64,000 nucleotides of DNA from an uncultured bacterium (GCA_963749445.1 CAVVMJ010000005.1:98915-162914), one strand, 5' to 3'; positions 1 to 10,165 are shown, numbered from the stretch's first letter. The notes: generated from the letters alone by a model not told the origin. Numbers and translations are program-made.

Positions 1-1
1 A

Positions 2-2416
2 AAACTCATCTGTACTGAAATATTGCAGATGTTTTTTTGTTATTTGTAAATCTTCGATTTTCGGGATTAGTACCGCTACTGAACCATCCATTATTGAGTT
101 ATTGGGTAAGAATGTTGCCCGTGGGTTATAGGAAAGATTGGGAACCAAAACAGCATTATTATTATTTAGGAATTTAGCAATAGCAAACGAATCAATGTTA
201 TTTATATATGAATCATAACCTTTAATGTCTACGACTCCCTGATTAACAATGTTTCTTGACTTCAGAACCCTAATTTTCCCCTCACTTGATGTATGCTTTT
301 TTGTTATTTGACGGTCACGGTAAGCCTTAAAAATATTAAACTTTAATTTTTTAGCTACTTTATCAAAAAAGTTTTCCCTATATATTAACCAGCAAGGGAA
401 TTCTTTTGAAAATATATAATCCTGCCTCTTACTTTCTATCTTATTATTTATAAGGGATTCTATCTTGATAAAATTATCTAGAGGTATTTTTTTTGTTTCA
501 AAAAGTATGCTTATAGTTTCAATTTTGACGCCTTTAAAGCCTTTTTCCCCGTAGTCAAAAATTTTATTAAATTTATATTGAGATAAAAGCTCTCTGGTCT
601 TATTAAATTCTGGGGCGGAAAGTAGGCTTTTTGGAGTAATTAAAGCAACAAAAGAGCCAAGTTTGTTAGCTTTTTCAATAAAGAAAGAGAATAAGTTATT
701 TGTATCTTGATTAAAAGATTGGGATTTATATTTGATGGACAAATTTTTGTCAGTAACCTTGCCGAATGGAGGATTACCCACAACTATGTCATAAGTTTCT
801 TTAAAATCATGCAATAAAAAATCATCATTTATAAAATTTATTTTAATATTTTCCGGTATACTTATTTTTTTTAACAAAACTTTTAAAGACTTTAAAACTT
901 CATTGTCAATATCTACAACATCAATTTCAACTTTTGGAACGCCAGAGTATTTTTTTATAAGGCAAGGCAAAAAATTACCCATACCCACTGATGGCTCAAG
1001 TATTTTTAGATATTCAAATTTATCAGCATCTGGTAAATCTTTAATTAGGGAATAGCAAATATCTTGCCTTGTATAATAAGCAGCCGTTTTTAGCCTTTGA
1101 GCGTTTGCTAATTCATAAATTCGTGAAAGTTGCGAGTAAGAATAAGCGTCCAAATTTTTAATTAGGAATTCATTTAGGTTACCATTATTAAGCAAGCTAT
1201 TTTGCTCTATAATCTTATTTATCTCTTGCTCTGAAAAATTAGCATTAATCAATGCAGTTTTTATATTTTGTGCTAATTGCCTAAAAATGATAGTAGGAAC
1301 AGCTTCACCAAGACATTGTCTTATGTTCATTTCTTCAGAATAGAGATATTTTTTCTTAGATTTTTCATCTAATTTATTTAGTTCCGGGTAATTTTTTTCC
1401 GACCACTTAAAATCATCGGGAATAGACATAAGCCTCATTAATTCCCTTATACTAAATACCCTATTATCTTTTGGGTGCACAGTTACCTGACTGGCTAAAA
1501 TATCGTTTCTCGTATGTACGCAAGGACCGACTTTATCCCAATAGGCACGAGTATACTTGTCGCCATTTTTATTTGTATTGGATACAATTTTCCCGTCAAT
1601 GATTTGGTGGGGTCTCTTTTTAGGATCTTCGTTATCAAATGCTGACTGACCCTCTTTGGTGTCTTTAATCCAATCCAACATTTTTTCTGTATATGGCCTA
1701 AAGTTATGGTAGATATCTTTGTCCCAGATTTCTCCCATATTATTTAAAGATGGTAAATCGCCGATAACTTCCCTAACAGTTCGTTCCTTAGTAAGAGAGG
1801 GTAATATTTCATATGGATTAACATCAGACTGGTCTTTTCTAACTCCAATCACAAGAGTCCTAGTCCTGCTAGATGGATTTCCGTATTCCTTAAAATTTAA
1901 AACTTTGTAAATAATATTATACGTTTCATCCAAATTGTTACCGATGGCTTCCTTAATACTTTTGTCTTTGCCGTCTATATCCGTACAAATAGTATTTAGA
2001 AAAGCTCTAACATTTTCAAGAATAAAAAATTTAGGATTAATTTCTTTTATTAATTTTAGCGACTCAATAACTAAAGAATTTCTGCCAAGCTCATTTTTTT
2101 TCTTATGATTTGCCACTGACATTCCTTGACAGGGAGGGGTCGCTATAATTACATCAATATCCTTGATGTTTTCTTTTTCTTTCCATAGAGTCAATTCCTT
2201 ATAGATTTTATTTTTAACCTCAGACAATATTAAATCACCAGAAATATAACCTGTGTCATATTTGCATTTCTGGTTGTGCTTTTGCACATTTAGCCTTTTT
2301 TCTATCAGTTCTGAGGTGGCAACACAGCCAAAACCCTCAAGCTTGAAGCCATAACAGCCCACGCCCGCACTACTAAATAGGCTTATATATGTTAATTTTT
2401 GTTTCTTTTGTAGCAT
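2..2416 (-). CDS. Bifunctional DNA methyltransferase: N-terminal C5-cytosine MTase fused to an N6-adenine MTase (3' end outside the window)
   Basis: Manual translation, absent from the ORF track because it has no stop in the window. Starts MLQKKQKLTYISLFSSAGVG. C5 motifs ATPPCQG, ENV and SSRTR; N6 motifs ILEPSVGMGNF and VVGNPPF. SD GAAAGGAG upstream. Very AT-rich. Confidence 0.92.
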   Translation of the reverse strand, partial: MLQKKQKLTYISLFSSAGVGCYGFKLEGFGCVATSELIEKRLNVQKHNQKCKYDTGYISGDLILSEVKNKIYKELTLWKEKENIKDIDVIIATPPCQGMSVANHKKKNELGRNSLVIESLKLIKEINPKFFILENVRAFLNTICTDIDGKDKSIKEAIGNNLDETYNIIYKVLNFKEYGNPSSRTRTLVIGVRKDQSDVNPYEILPSLTKERTVREVIGDLPSLNNMGEIWDKDIYHNFRPYTEKMLDWIKDTKEGQSAFDNEDPKKRPHQIIDGKIVSNTNKNGDKYTRAYWDKVGPCVHTRNDILASQVTVHPKDNRVFSIRELMRLMSIPDDFKWSEKNYPELNKLDEKSKKKYLYSEEMNIRQCLGEAVPTIIFRQLAQNIKTALINANFSEQEINKIIEQNSLLNNGNLNEFLIKNLDAYSYSQLSRIYELANAQRLKTAAYYTRQDICYSLIKDLPDADKFEYLKILEPSVGMGNFLPCLIKKYSGVPKVEIDVVDIDNEVLKSLKVLLKKISIPENIKINFINDDFLLHDFKETYDIVVGNPPFGKVTDKNLSIKYKSQSFNQDTNNLFSFFIEKANKLGSFVALITPKSLLSAPEFNKTRELLSQYKFNKIFDYGEKGFKGVKIETISILFETKKIPLDNFIKIESLINNKIESKRQDYIFSKEFPCWLIYRENFFDKVAKKLKFNIFKAYRDRQITKKHTSSEGKIRVLKSRNIVNQGVVDIKGYDSYINNIDSFAIAKFLNNNNAVLVPNLSYNPRATFLPNNSIMDGSVAVLIPKIEDLQITKKHLQYFSTDEF

Positions 2417-2676
2417 AATAACTCCTTTCAATTATAGATGATTTATGAGTTTTTTGGAAGGAGTGGACTATCGTTCACCTTTATATTATAAATTATAATC
2501 TTAATATTGCAAAATTCACAAAAACCCTTTAAAATTAAGTAAATTTGTATAAATATTTAAGTTATACACACCCCACTGAGGGGCTTTTTTATCTATGCCA
2601 CACAGGTTCGGACGTCGTTCAGGAGGCCGAGCCACAAAAGTCGCCATTTAGGCGGTTTTTTGGTAAGATAAAGTAT

Positions 2677-3066
2677 ATGGCACAAAAGATAAATAAATTC
2701 ATTTATTGGACGCCAAGAATTCTGTCAATAATATTTATATGTTTTTTGGCGTTATTTTCGTTTGATGTGATTACTCCTGAATTAAGTTTTTGGCAGATAG
2801 CCGTTGGATTGTTTATGCACAATATCTCGGTATTTATTTTATTGGCTGCCCTGATAATATCCTGGAAACATGAGATTGTCGGAGGAATCGTTTTTATTTT
2901 AGCGGGATTACTGTACATTATTTTTGCGGTACAACGTGCGCCCGGATGGCATATGGTCTTGATTTGGAGCCTAATGATTGCCGGCCCCGCGTTTTTTATA
3001 GGAATTCTATTTATTATTAATTGGCGCAAAAAACGAAATAATCATAATGATGTTTCCGTAAAATAG
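2677..3066 (+). CDS. Small integral membrane protein (about 4 TM helices)
   Basis: Hydrophobic ORF; the ATG at 2677 (MAQKINKFIYWTPRILSI) is more plausible than the TTG at 2545. Confidence 0.75.
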   Translation: MAQKINKFIYWTPRILSIIFICFLALFSFDVITPELSFWQIAVGLFMHNISVFILLAALIISWKHEIVGGIVFILAGLLYIIFAVQRAPGWHMVLIWSLMIAGPAFFIGILFIINWRKKRNNHNDVSVK

Positions 3067-3167
3067 GTTCTAATGCCGTCCACGATGCTGAAAGATTTGC
3101 CTAAGATAGTTATGCGGAATTGCGGGGATCAGGGGTAATCAAACTTCGTTAGTCCGCACCATGCCTT

Positions 3168-3213
3168 AGAAGCGCTTCGTTTGGTCCTATTCCACTCGAA
3201 GCGCTTCTTTTTT
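3168..3213 (+). terminator. Intrinsic terminator
   Basis: AGAAGCGCTTCG...CGAAGCGCTTCT stem followed by a T run. Confidence 0.55.
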
Positions 3214-3331
3214 GTAAACTTAAAATTTTTTGGCAAAACAAAAGCCGTTCGATGTCCGCGAGGATCACCGAACGGCCTGTGGCTGCCAAAGCAGGCCACT
3301 AATGCGAGTCTGTGCGGGCAGGAGAAAGGTG

Positions 3332-4219
3332 TCATCTGGTTCTCGGTTTGTCGGAGAACCAGAACATATTGGGGATTGTCTGGCACTCTCCGTCCTCGAA
3401 ACAGAGCACCACATCAGCGGGATGCTGTGGACCGTTATAGTCCGGCCCCACCACCGCGTCTACGACGAACACCAGCTCGCCATCCTGGTTGGTGGTGACG
3501 GGTCCCTGTTGCCACCAGTACCAGGGGTTGCCCACAAATGTGTGAACAACTCTGTTAGGTGGAAGATTTCCTAACAGCTTGGCCGAAGAGGTAGTTTCGT
3601 TAATCGGGAAAGTCTGCACCCCCGACACAAAATGCAACCCTTTTCCGCTTGGCCCTGTCCGATTGAGGAAAACCCGCGAAACAAGAGGCTGCTGAAGCAG
3701 GCGTCCGCCTTCTGCGTCCACAATTGAGACTTCCACAACATACTCGCCGTACTTCTGGTTTCCGTACCGGTTGAACTGGTAGGACAAAAGCGTCACCAGT
3801 TCGAACCCACCAAAACCTCCCTTATAAAAACCCCAGGAACCGTTGTCTGGCTCGAAGTACAAAGGCTGGACGCTCCCGTCGTAATAGCCGTTGTCCCCGG
3901 GCAGCAAAACCTGCCCGTAAATTTGGGCGTTGATGGCAAGGCCGATGGTGCCTTGCACAAAGATCAGTCTCGGCACCATCGTGTCGCCAACCTCAAAGGC
4001 TTGTTTGCCGGTGTAGAGATACGCCAAGAAATGCGTGTCCGGCGCTGAAACGCCAGCTCCCCGCGCATTAATGCTGTAGGCGGGATGCGCGGTGTAAAAC
4101 TCCTGCGCACTTTGGCGACGAGGCCGGATCATGGGGTCCAACCTCGTTTGGGCGCTGACCAGCACGGCGGCGGCCAGCAGAATCGCGGCGAGCGCCGCTA
4201 GGAACTTTGCGTTCTTCAT
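3332..4219 (-). CDS. Secreted hypothetical protein
   Basis: 295 aa with signal peptide MKNAKFLAALAAILLAAAVLVSA-Q; SD GGAGG; higher GC than its flanks. Confidence 0.8.
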   Translation of the reverse strand: MKNAKFLAALAAILLAAAVLVSAQTRLDPMIRPRRQSAQEFYTAHPAYSINARGAGVSAPDTHFLAYLYTGKQAFEVGDTMVPRLIFVQGTIGLAINAQIYGQVLLPGDNGYYDGSVQPLYFEPDNGSWGFYKGGFGGFELVTLLSYQFNRYGNQKYGEYVVEVSIVDAEGGRLLQQPLVSRVFLNRTGPSGKGLHFVSGVQTFPINETTSSAKLLGNLPPNRVVHTFVGNPWYWWQQGPVTTNQDGELVFVVDAVVGPDYNGPQHPADVVLCFEDGECQTIPNMFWFSDKPRTR

Positions 4220-4333
4220 CGAGTTTCCTCCAATCCAAAAATTCCACTAAATCCTACCCGCACGTCATATGCAGGCACTACAAGTCCGCGGAGGCCGTTC
4301 ACGATTGCCCCCGGAAAATTGAATACTTTCACC

Positions 4334-4446
4334 TGTCATTCTGAACCCCGCATCAAGTACGGGGCAAGCTTGTTTCAGAACCCATTCATTGGATTCCGGA
4401 TAGCCCGCGTCCTGACATATCGGGGCTTGTGGCGTCCGGAATGACA
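4334..4446. repeat. Palindromic miniature element (TGTCATTC...GAATGACA ends) with nested hairpins
   Basis: Terminal inverted repeat TGTCATTC/GAATGACA; internal CCCCG..CGGGG and TCCGGA..TCCGGA hairpins. Confidence 0.65.
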
Positions 4447-4811
4447 AAAAAATCCAAATCTCCGGGGGTAAAACCTCACTCTTCCCTTTTTACCCCGACT
4501 TAATGCCGGGGCTTAAAATCCTCCTCTGTAAAAAATGTTTAAAATCCCACAGCCCACAATTTGGGATTATGGGTTGTAATTATACAACATTTATTTACCT
4601 TTATCAAGGCTCGTGTCACCTATGTATCCCATCTTTTGCAGGCTCACTAAATAAGAAAACATAATTTCTGGTCTGGACAAATTCTGGGATTTTGGTATGC
4701 TGTATAGTCTCACTGTCAACAAGGATTTGCCGAAATTGTGATTCCGTCAATTCTCTGCTGAAAGGCGGAAAAGAGCCAAACCCAAAGGGCTCTCTTGTCA
4801 GGAGGAAAAAG

Positions 4812-6743
4812 ATGAAACATCTGTTAGGTTTGATTGCCTGGATGTTCGTCTACATCCTGGCAATGCCGCCTGCTTTGGCGCAAGAACCGCAGGAGCAGCT
4901 CTGCACCTATAACCTGGGTGCCGGTTGGTTGTTTCCGAAGGGTGTGTATGCCATCGCTCTTCATGACGGCTGGGGACCGCGAACTGCGGAATGTATCGCC
5001 GAACTGAAACGGCGAAACATAACCGCGTCTTTGTTCCAAAACTCTTGCCATTACTTTGGCGAGATCGCGGATTCGCGTTCCGTGAACTGCAAAGGGGTGG
5101 GAAATGTATCCCTGGATCTCCTCAAGGAGCCTGCAGCTGCCCATCAGTTTCTGGGCGACCACGGCGCTAACCATCTGGTTCTGTCAGCCATCCCGCTGGC
5201 AGACGCGCTCAACGAAATTAGGAGGCCGATAGAACTGTTCGGTCCCTATGTGGGCGCGGATAATCCATTCCTATTTACGCCCCCGGGTTGGGTGTGGAAT
5301 GCGGGGCTGGCTAATGCGGCCAACAGCGATCCCGAAATTAGCGGAAAGCTGCAAGGACCGGTCGGAGATGAGTACGACGGTTCTGGTTATATCGGATCGG
5401 TTTACATCCCGAATGATCAGATCTGCATGACGAAGTACAGCGTCCAGCAATGCGCCAAGTTGTTTTTTGACGCCATGGCCGCCGCCAACCACGGCGGGAT
5501 TATAGTCATTCATGACTTTAATCCTTACGCCCCAAACCCTTGGGATCCAACGGATCCCAAAAGCGGGTATGCGTTGGATCTTTTGGTGGCAATTTTGGAC
5601 GGCTGCGCGCAGGCTGTGGGTCAAACATGCACCTTTGTCCGTCCTGATGCCATTCCCGGCATCCGCGGCAGCATGTCAGTGACCTCACTCGGAATAATAT
5701 CAGACCCGCTTGACAACTTTTCGGACAAGATCGCCCCTGTCGTTGTGGGCGATCTTAACCACGACGGCCGTCAAGATGTTCTTGTTGCCCGCAATGACGG
5801 TATGTATTGCGGCATCACGGCTACGAACGGCAGGCAGTACCGGCTTTATCAATGCTTGGCGTTCAGCGGTCCAAGCATGATAGCCGGTCACTATTGGCTG
5901 GCGGATGTGGATGGAGACAGCCTTCCCTATTTGGTTTGGCTTAATAACGAGCAGGGAATGCTCGGAGCCAAGTGGGACGGAGACAGGCATTTCGGAGCAG
6001 TCCGGTTGATCTCGGGTCACTTTGCGGCCAAGTATGGGTGGAACAGCCAAACTTACAACGACACCATCCGTTTTGGCGTTGTGAGAAAAGGTGTTCTGCC
6101 CGACGTTGTGGCCATGACCGCAAGGGGAGTCGCAATTGCCCCCAACAGCGGGCATGGGACATTTGATACGCCGGTGTTAATCCCGGCACTGGGTTATGAC
6201 CCGACGAATCAAGACTGGACGCCGGAGCAAGCCGCTCATAACTTGATGCTCGCCAATCTTAACGGAAACGGCTTGTTAGGTGTTGTCATTCCGGGTTCAA
6301 CTGTTTTGCTCTATGCACAGAACCTGGGCGGCAACGGCTTCGCCGCGTTCCGGCCCCTAGTTACAACCGACGGGTTTAGTTACTGGAACAACCCGTCCGG
6401 CGGCTATTGGACTGCATTCAACACAACCGTGATTAAAGGCCACCCAGCCATCGTAGGTTGGGCGCCAAACGGCTTTGCCTACTCCGGCATCGCCACCGTC
6501 CGCCGTCAGTCTGCACGCACGCCCGCGCAAGTCGCGACCGACAAGGTCGGTTGGATCTGCAACGATTGCTTCGTCAGCTTGCCGGGCTGGCTGGTTGCCT
6601 GGCGGCTGGCTGGCGTCAATCTGACCCCGGAAGTCGGTTTTGCCGACTTTACTGGGAACGGCTCCCCCCAACCGTATGTGTTGTGGACAGGTGGGCTCTA
6701 CACCGCTGACATGCCCCCATCAACCACTTCGCAGATCAAATAA
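4812..6743 (+). CDS. Secreted polysaccharide deacetylase (NodB/CE4-like) with FG-GAP/VCBS repeats
   Basis: ALHDG, DHGANH and IIVIHD motifs; repeats GDLNHDGRQDV, ADVDGD, ADFTGNG; signal peptide; SD GGAGG before the ATG at 4812. Confidence 0.8.
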   Translation: MKHLLGLIAWMFVYILAMPPALAQEPQEQLCTYNLGAGWLFPKGVYAIALHDGWGPRTAECIAELKRRNITASLFQNSCHYFGEIADSRSVNCKGVGNVSLDLLKEPAAAHQFLGDHGANHLVLSAIPLADALNEIRRPIELFGPYVGADNPFLFTPPGWVWNAGLANAANSDPEISGKLQGPVGDEYDGSGYIGSVYIPNDQICMTKYSVQQCAKLFFDAMAAANHGGIIVIHDFNPYAPNPWDPTDPKSGYALDLLVAILDGCAQAVGQTCTFVRPDAIPGIRGSMSVTSLGIISDPLDNFSDKIAPVVVGDLNHDGRQDVLVARNDGMYCGITATNGRQYRLYQCLAFSGPSMIAGHYWLADVDGDSLPYLVWLNNEQGMLGAKWDGDRHFGAVRLISGHFAAKYGWNSQTYNDTIRFGVVRKGVLPDVVAMTARGVAIAPNSGHGTFDTPVLIPALGYDPTNQDWTPEQAAHNLMLANLNGNGLLGVVIPGSTVLLYAQNLGGNGFAAFRPLVTTDGFSYWNNPSGGYWTAFNTTVIKGHPAIVGWAPNGFAYSGIATVRRQSARTPAQVATDKVGWICNDCFVSLPGWLVAWRLAGVNLTPEVGFADFTGNGSPQPYVLWTGGLYTADMPPSTTSQIK

Positions 6744-6744
6744 C

Positions 6745-6784
6745 CCGCCGGATGCACACAGCAAGCAACCGGCGGGGCTTTTTA
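6745..6784 (+). terminator. Intrinsic terminator
   Basis: CCCGCCGG...CCGGCGGG stem plus T run directly after the stop codon. Confidence 0.6.
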
Positions 6785-6892
6785 TAATACGAAAAAAAAG
6801 AAACAACGCCCAGTCAAAGACGTTTATTATTACATAGCGCGCCATATTAAGCATTAAGAAAGGAGAATAAATAAAAGAAAGGGGTGAGAAAT

Positions 6893-7186
6893 ATGATTAT
6901 CGTGCATGATATTTTTGTCTGTAAGCCGGGTAACGCCTCCAAGGCCGCGAAACTGTTCAAGGAAATGATGGCCACAAACAAAGAGACGGTTAACATTATG
7001 ACCGACATCACCGGTCAATACCACCGGGTGGTTATGGTTTCCAAATATGACGACCTGGCGGCCTATGGAAAAGCGCTTGAGGCGTATATGAATCCGACCG
7101 AGGAAATGAAAAAAGCCATGGCCAAAATGAGAGACTTCCAGGAGATGTATTTGGGCGGCAGCCGCGAAATTTTTAAGGTTTGGTAA
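6893..7186 (+). CDS. NIPSNAP-like dimeric alpha/beta-barrel protein
   Basis: IIVHDIFVCKPG ... MTDITGQYHRVVM ... GGSREIFKVW pattern. Confidence 0.6.
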   Translation: MIIVHDIFVCKPGNASKAAKLFKEMMATNKETVNIMTDITGQYHRVVMVSKYDDLAAYGKALEAYMNPTEEMKKAMAKMRDFQEMYLGGSREIFKVW

Positions 7187-7344
7187 CGATTGTTATTTAT
7201 TAAAGTTTTTTTGAATTTGCCTATTTTAGCGCCGTTCAGGAGTTCGGGATATTTGAGATGCGGCAAATTGAAGACCGACAGAGGGGCTCCACGGCGTTTG
7301 GTGTCTGCCGGGGATTGTTCTGTCGGTTTTCTGACGGTGGATTG

Positions 7345-7785
7345 CTAGGGGGTTGGCCAGGCGGATTTAGTTTTGCTCCGCGAAACGCCGTTTTGCGGGC
7401 AAAAACGGTGGGCGGAGCCAATTACCCGAGCCAACTCATCGTGAACTACCGGCTCGGATCGCAAAACATCGTGGGCGCCTAAATTCAGCGCTTCCGCCCA
7501 GAGGCGCTCATCCGCAAGCCGGCTGCACACAATAACAGAAGGCCTGGATTCTGTCGTCTTGGCGTGTTCCAGTACTTCTCGCCACGTAGTCCCGTCCCGA
7601 AGATCCTGTTCACAGCAAAGGACTACGGTTATCCCTTTCTCCCTCTTCAGAAGCGCCTTGACTTTCTCAAGGCCAGCAGTCTTGACTATTTTGTGCTTTA
7701 ATTTGCCTTTGCGGAGAGCTTTTCTTATTTCTTGGCAGCTTATCGTCGTCTGTCCAACCAGAAGCATTTTGATTCTATTATCCAT
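7345..7785 (-). CDS. Atypical stand-alone response-regulator receiver domain
   Basis: VVLCCEQDLRDGTTWREVL...VIVCSRLADERLWAEALNLGAHDVL; canonical Asp and Lys residues are missing; SD GGAGG. Confidence 0.75.
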   Translation of the reverse strand: MDNRIKMLLVGQTTISCQEIRKALRKGKLKHKIVKTAGLEKVKALLKREKGITVVLCCEQDLRDGTTWREVLEHAKTTESRPSVIVCSRLADERLWAEALNLGAHDVLRSEPVVHDELARVIGSAHRFCPQNGVSRSKTKSAWPTP

Positions 7786-7888
7786 GCGTATTCCTTATCC
7801 TTCCTCCTGCAACCAAATTTCCATGTAATACGAAATTTTTTGCCTAACGTTTCTTTATTTATCGGCCAGCTCAAATTTTGGCACCATC

Positions 7889-7922
7889 AAAAAATTCCAT
7901 CTTAAAAGATGGAATTTTTTTG
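7889..7922. terminator. Bidirectional terminator-like hairpin
   Basis: AAAAAATTCCATCTT-AA-AAGATGGAATTTTTT. Confidence 0.6.
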
Positions 7923-7984
7923 TTATCAGCCGCAAATAAGCTGCCGAAAGAATCTAACGTTTTCTTTTTTTGCCTTATGAATAT

Positions 7985-8347
7985 CTAAGCTTGCTTTTCG
8001 GCAAAATTGCCAATGTAGGGAAGTTTGTATTTTTCCCCTTTGTAAGCCTTAATTATCATTACAATCCACAAAATCAGCGAAGCCAGGCTGACTAAGGGGC
8101 TTAACATCGCTCCCAAAAGCGGGAGATAACCCAAAACATAAGATATCACCGTTAAAATGATTGATAAAACTGTGGATTGCATGGCATGGAACCGGACGTA
8201 CTTATTTTTGGAGGTTAAGAAAAAGAACAGGCCGGTGATAAAACCCAAAACATACGACAGCGCGGCTGCGGTGTTCTGGTTTAAGCCATCGGCCACGGGA
8301 GGCGCGGGGCTGATGGGGTTTGGTTGGGGATTGGTTTGGTTATCCAT
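7985..8347 (-). CDS. DUF4870/Tic20-like membrane protein
   Basis: AAALSYVLGFITG, VRFHAMQS and AYKGEKYKLPYIG signatures. Confidence 0.88.
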   Translation of the reverse strand: MDNQTNPQPNPISPAPPVADGLNQNTAAALSYVLGFITGLFFFLTSKNKYVRFHAMQSTVLSIILTVISYVLGYLPLLGAMLSPLVSLASLILWIVMIIKAYKGEKYKLPYIGNFAEKQA

Positions 8348-8640
8348 TTGATTTTGTGTTATTGATAAGATTTCTTGTTTAAACTATAAAGTATTTTGAG
8401 CGGGATGTCAAAAAATGTGCTGCCGGGCTTAGGTTGCTTTTAGGATTTTCGCGATTGATGGGCGCATCAGGGGAAGTCTAAAATAGCAGGATAAAGCCTT
8501 AGCGATATCATTTAACTATTTGGTTGAATGTTATTATAAAAATATTTTCTCTGTCAAGCTGGGTTTTGCGCACTGTAATAAAAATACGCTTTTTGTCCCC
8601 TAACTTCTAACCGTTGAAAAGAAAAGTTGCCAAAGAACGT

Positions 8641-8678
8641 CAAAAACACCCTTTGCTAATAGGTTCAGGGTGTTTTTG
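8641..8678 (-). terminator. Terminator hairpin downstream of the surface protein gene
   Basis: CAAAAACACCCT...AGGGTGTTTTTG. Confidence 0.55.
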
Positions 8679-8709
8679 TTTGCGGTTTGCTTACGGATTT
8701 ATCAAAGAG

Positions 8710-9933
8710 CTAATTGTCTTTGCCGTTTTTGTTGCCGCTTCCGTTTTGGCTGCTTCCGTTATGCCCATCGCCGCCGCGTGAATTGCCGTCGGATGAAGAG
8801 CCGGAAGAGTTTGCGGAATTGGTGACCGCGGAATGGATGATAACCGCGTTGTCGCTGCCACCGGAAGAACCGCCTCCGGAAGTTGTAATATTAGCGCCGT
8901 CATCGCCGCCGATGTTGCCGGTATTGCCACCGGTATTGCCATGGGAGGAGCCGGAGTCATCGCCGCCAATTTCGTTCCCATCACCGCCGCCATTGCCATT
9001 TTTGCCTTGTTGGTAAATTACCAATTTGCCGTTTTGGACAATGTAGATGGTCGGGTTGCCCTCAAGCTGCACCAGCGTGCCGTTGGGCAATAAGAGAGGC
9101 GTTGAAGGGCTGTTTCCCACATTAATCTGCGTGCTGGTGGCGTTGGCCAAGCCGGTTGATTGGGCGGAGAGCTCAATGACAGCCGGCTGGCTAAAGCTTA
9201 GGCCGGTAAAACCGGATAAGCCCGCGGCATCGGCCATTGTTGTCGTTCCGTTAAGGATGCCAGGGGTGCCGCTGATCAAGACTGAAGAAAGAGTGACGTT
9301 TCTGGCGTTGTCAGCGGTTACCGTATTGCCGAACTGGTCCTCTACGGCAACTTGGGCGGAAAAATTGGAACTTACCGTGGTGGTGGCTGGCGGCTCGGCG
9401 GAAAAACCAAGCATACTGGCCGCTCCGGGAACCTGGGTCAATGTTCCAAAGTTGGTGGAGGAAGCGACGCCGTTAATGCTGCCGGCTGACATGGTGATGT
9501 TGCCTAAAGCCAAAGGCGTGCCGGACGCGGCTTTGACCTTAAGCGGCACTATGGAGCCGACTGTTAAGCTGCCCGGCGCGGTGGAAGTGGAGGTAATGTT
9601 CAGGCTAAAATGCGTGACATCAGGAAAACTCACGGTGGAAGAACTTGCCATAAGGCCGGTTCCGGTGAGGCTGACATTGGCCGAGGAAGCCGTGTCAAAC
9701 ACAAAACCCGAAGGCAATGCCCAGGTTTGAGTTCCGGTGTGGATGTCGCCTGCCGCGTCTTCCGTAACGGTTATCGCCGGCAAGGCGACCGAAGCGCCGG
9801 TCGAGCTGTCGGAAGAAATGCTGGCCGTAGCCGGACTGCTAACTGTGCTCGCGGCTTGCGCGAGCATTCCGCTAAAACCCACTCCGGCAATTAGCGCCAG
9901 AGCGGATCCTATAATGGATATTTTTTTTAACAT
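8710..9933 (-). CDS. Secreted Ser/Thr/Gly-rich surface protein with an Ig-like segment and a disordered G/N/S tail
   Basis: Signal peptide; VAVEDQFGNTV Ig-like motif; LPNGTLVQ..PTIYIVQNG repeat typical of CPR surface proteins. Confidence 0.75.
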   Translation of the reverse strand: MLKKISIIGSALALIAGVGFSGMLAQAASTVSSPATASISSDSSTGASVALPAITVTEDAAGDIHTGTQTWALPSGFVFDTASSANVSLTGTGLMASSSTVSFPDVTHFSLNITSTSTAPGSLTVGSIVPLKVKAASGTPLALGNITMSAGSINGVASSTNFGTLTQVPGAASMLGFSAEPPATTTVSSNFSAQVAVEDQFGNTVTADNARNVTLSSVLISGTPGILNGTTTMADAAGLSGFTGLSFSQPAVIELSAQSTGLANATSTQINVGNSPSTPLLLPNGTLVQLEGNPTIYIVQNGKLVIYQQGKNGNGGGDGNEIGGDDSGSSHGNTGGNTGNIGGDDGANITTSGGGSSGGSDNAVIIHSAVTNSANSSGSSSDGNSRGGDGHNGSSQNGSGNKNGKDN

Positions 9934-10165
9934 ATGCGTATTCTTAATTGTTAATTATCCCTAGCCCTAAATTTGGGTACCGAAATTTGGGTTAGGTAAT
10001 GGGTACAACGCAACAAGAATCATTTTGTTTCAATCCTCGCGGCGGTGAATTTTTTATAAACCAATCAGAAGTATCGCTCATAAGTAAAAGGGATTATACT
10101 TGCCCGGAATGTTTAAAATTTACACTATTGTGGGATGATTTGACAATATAATTTTTTTTTGTTTA

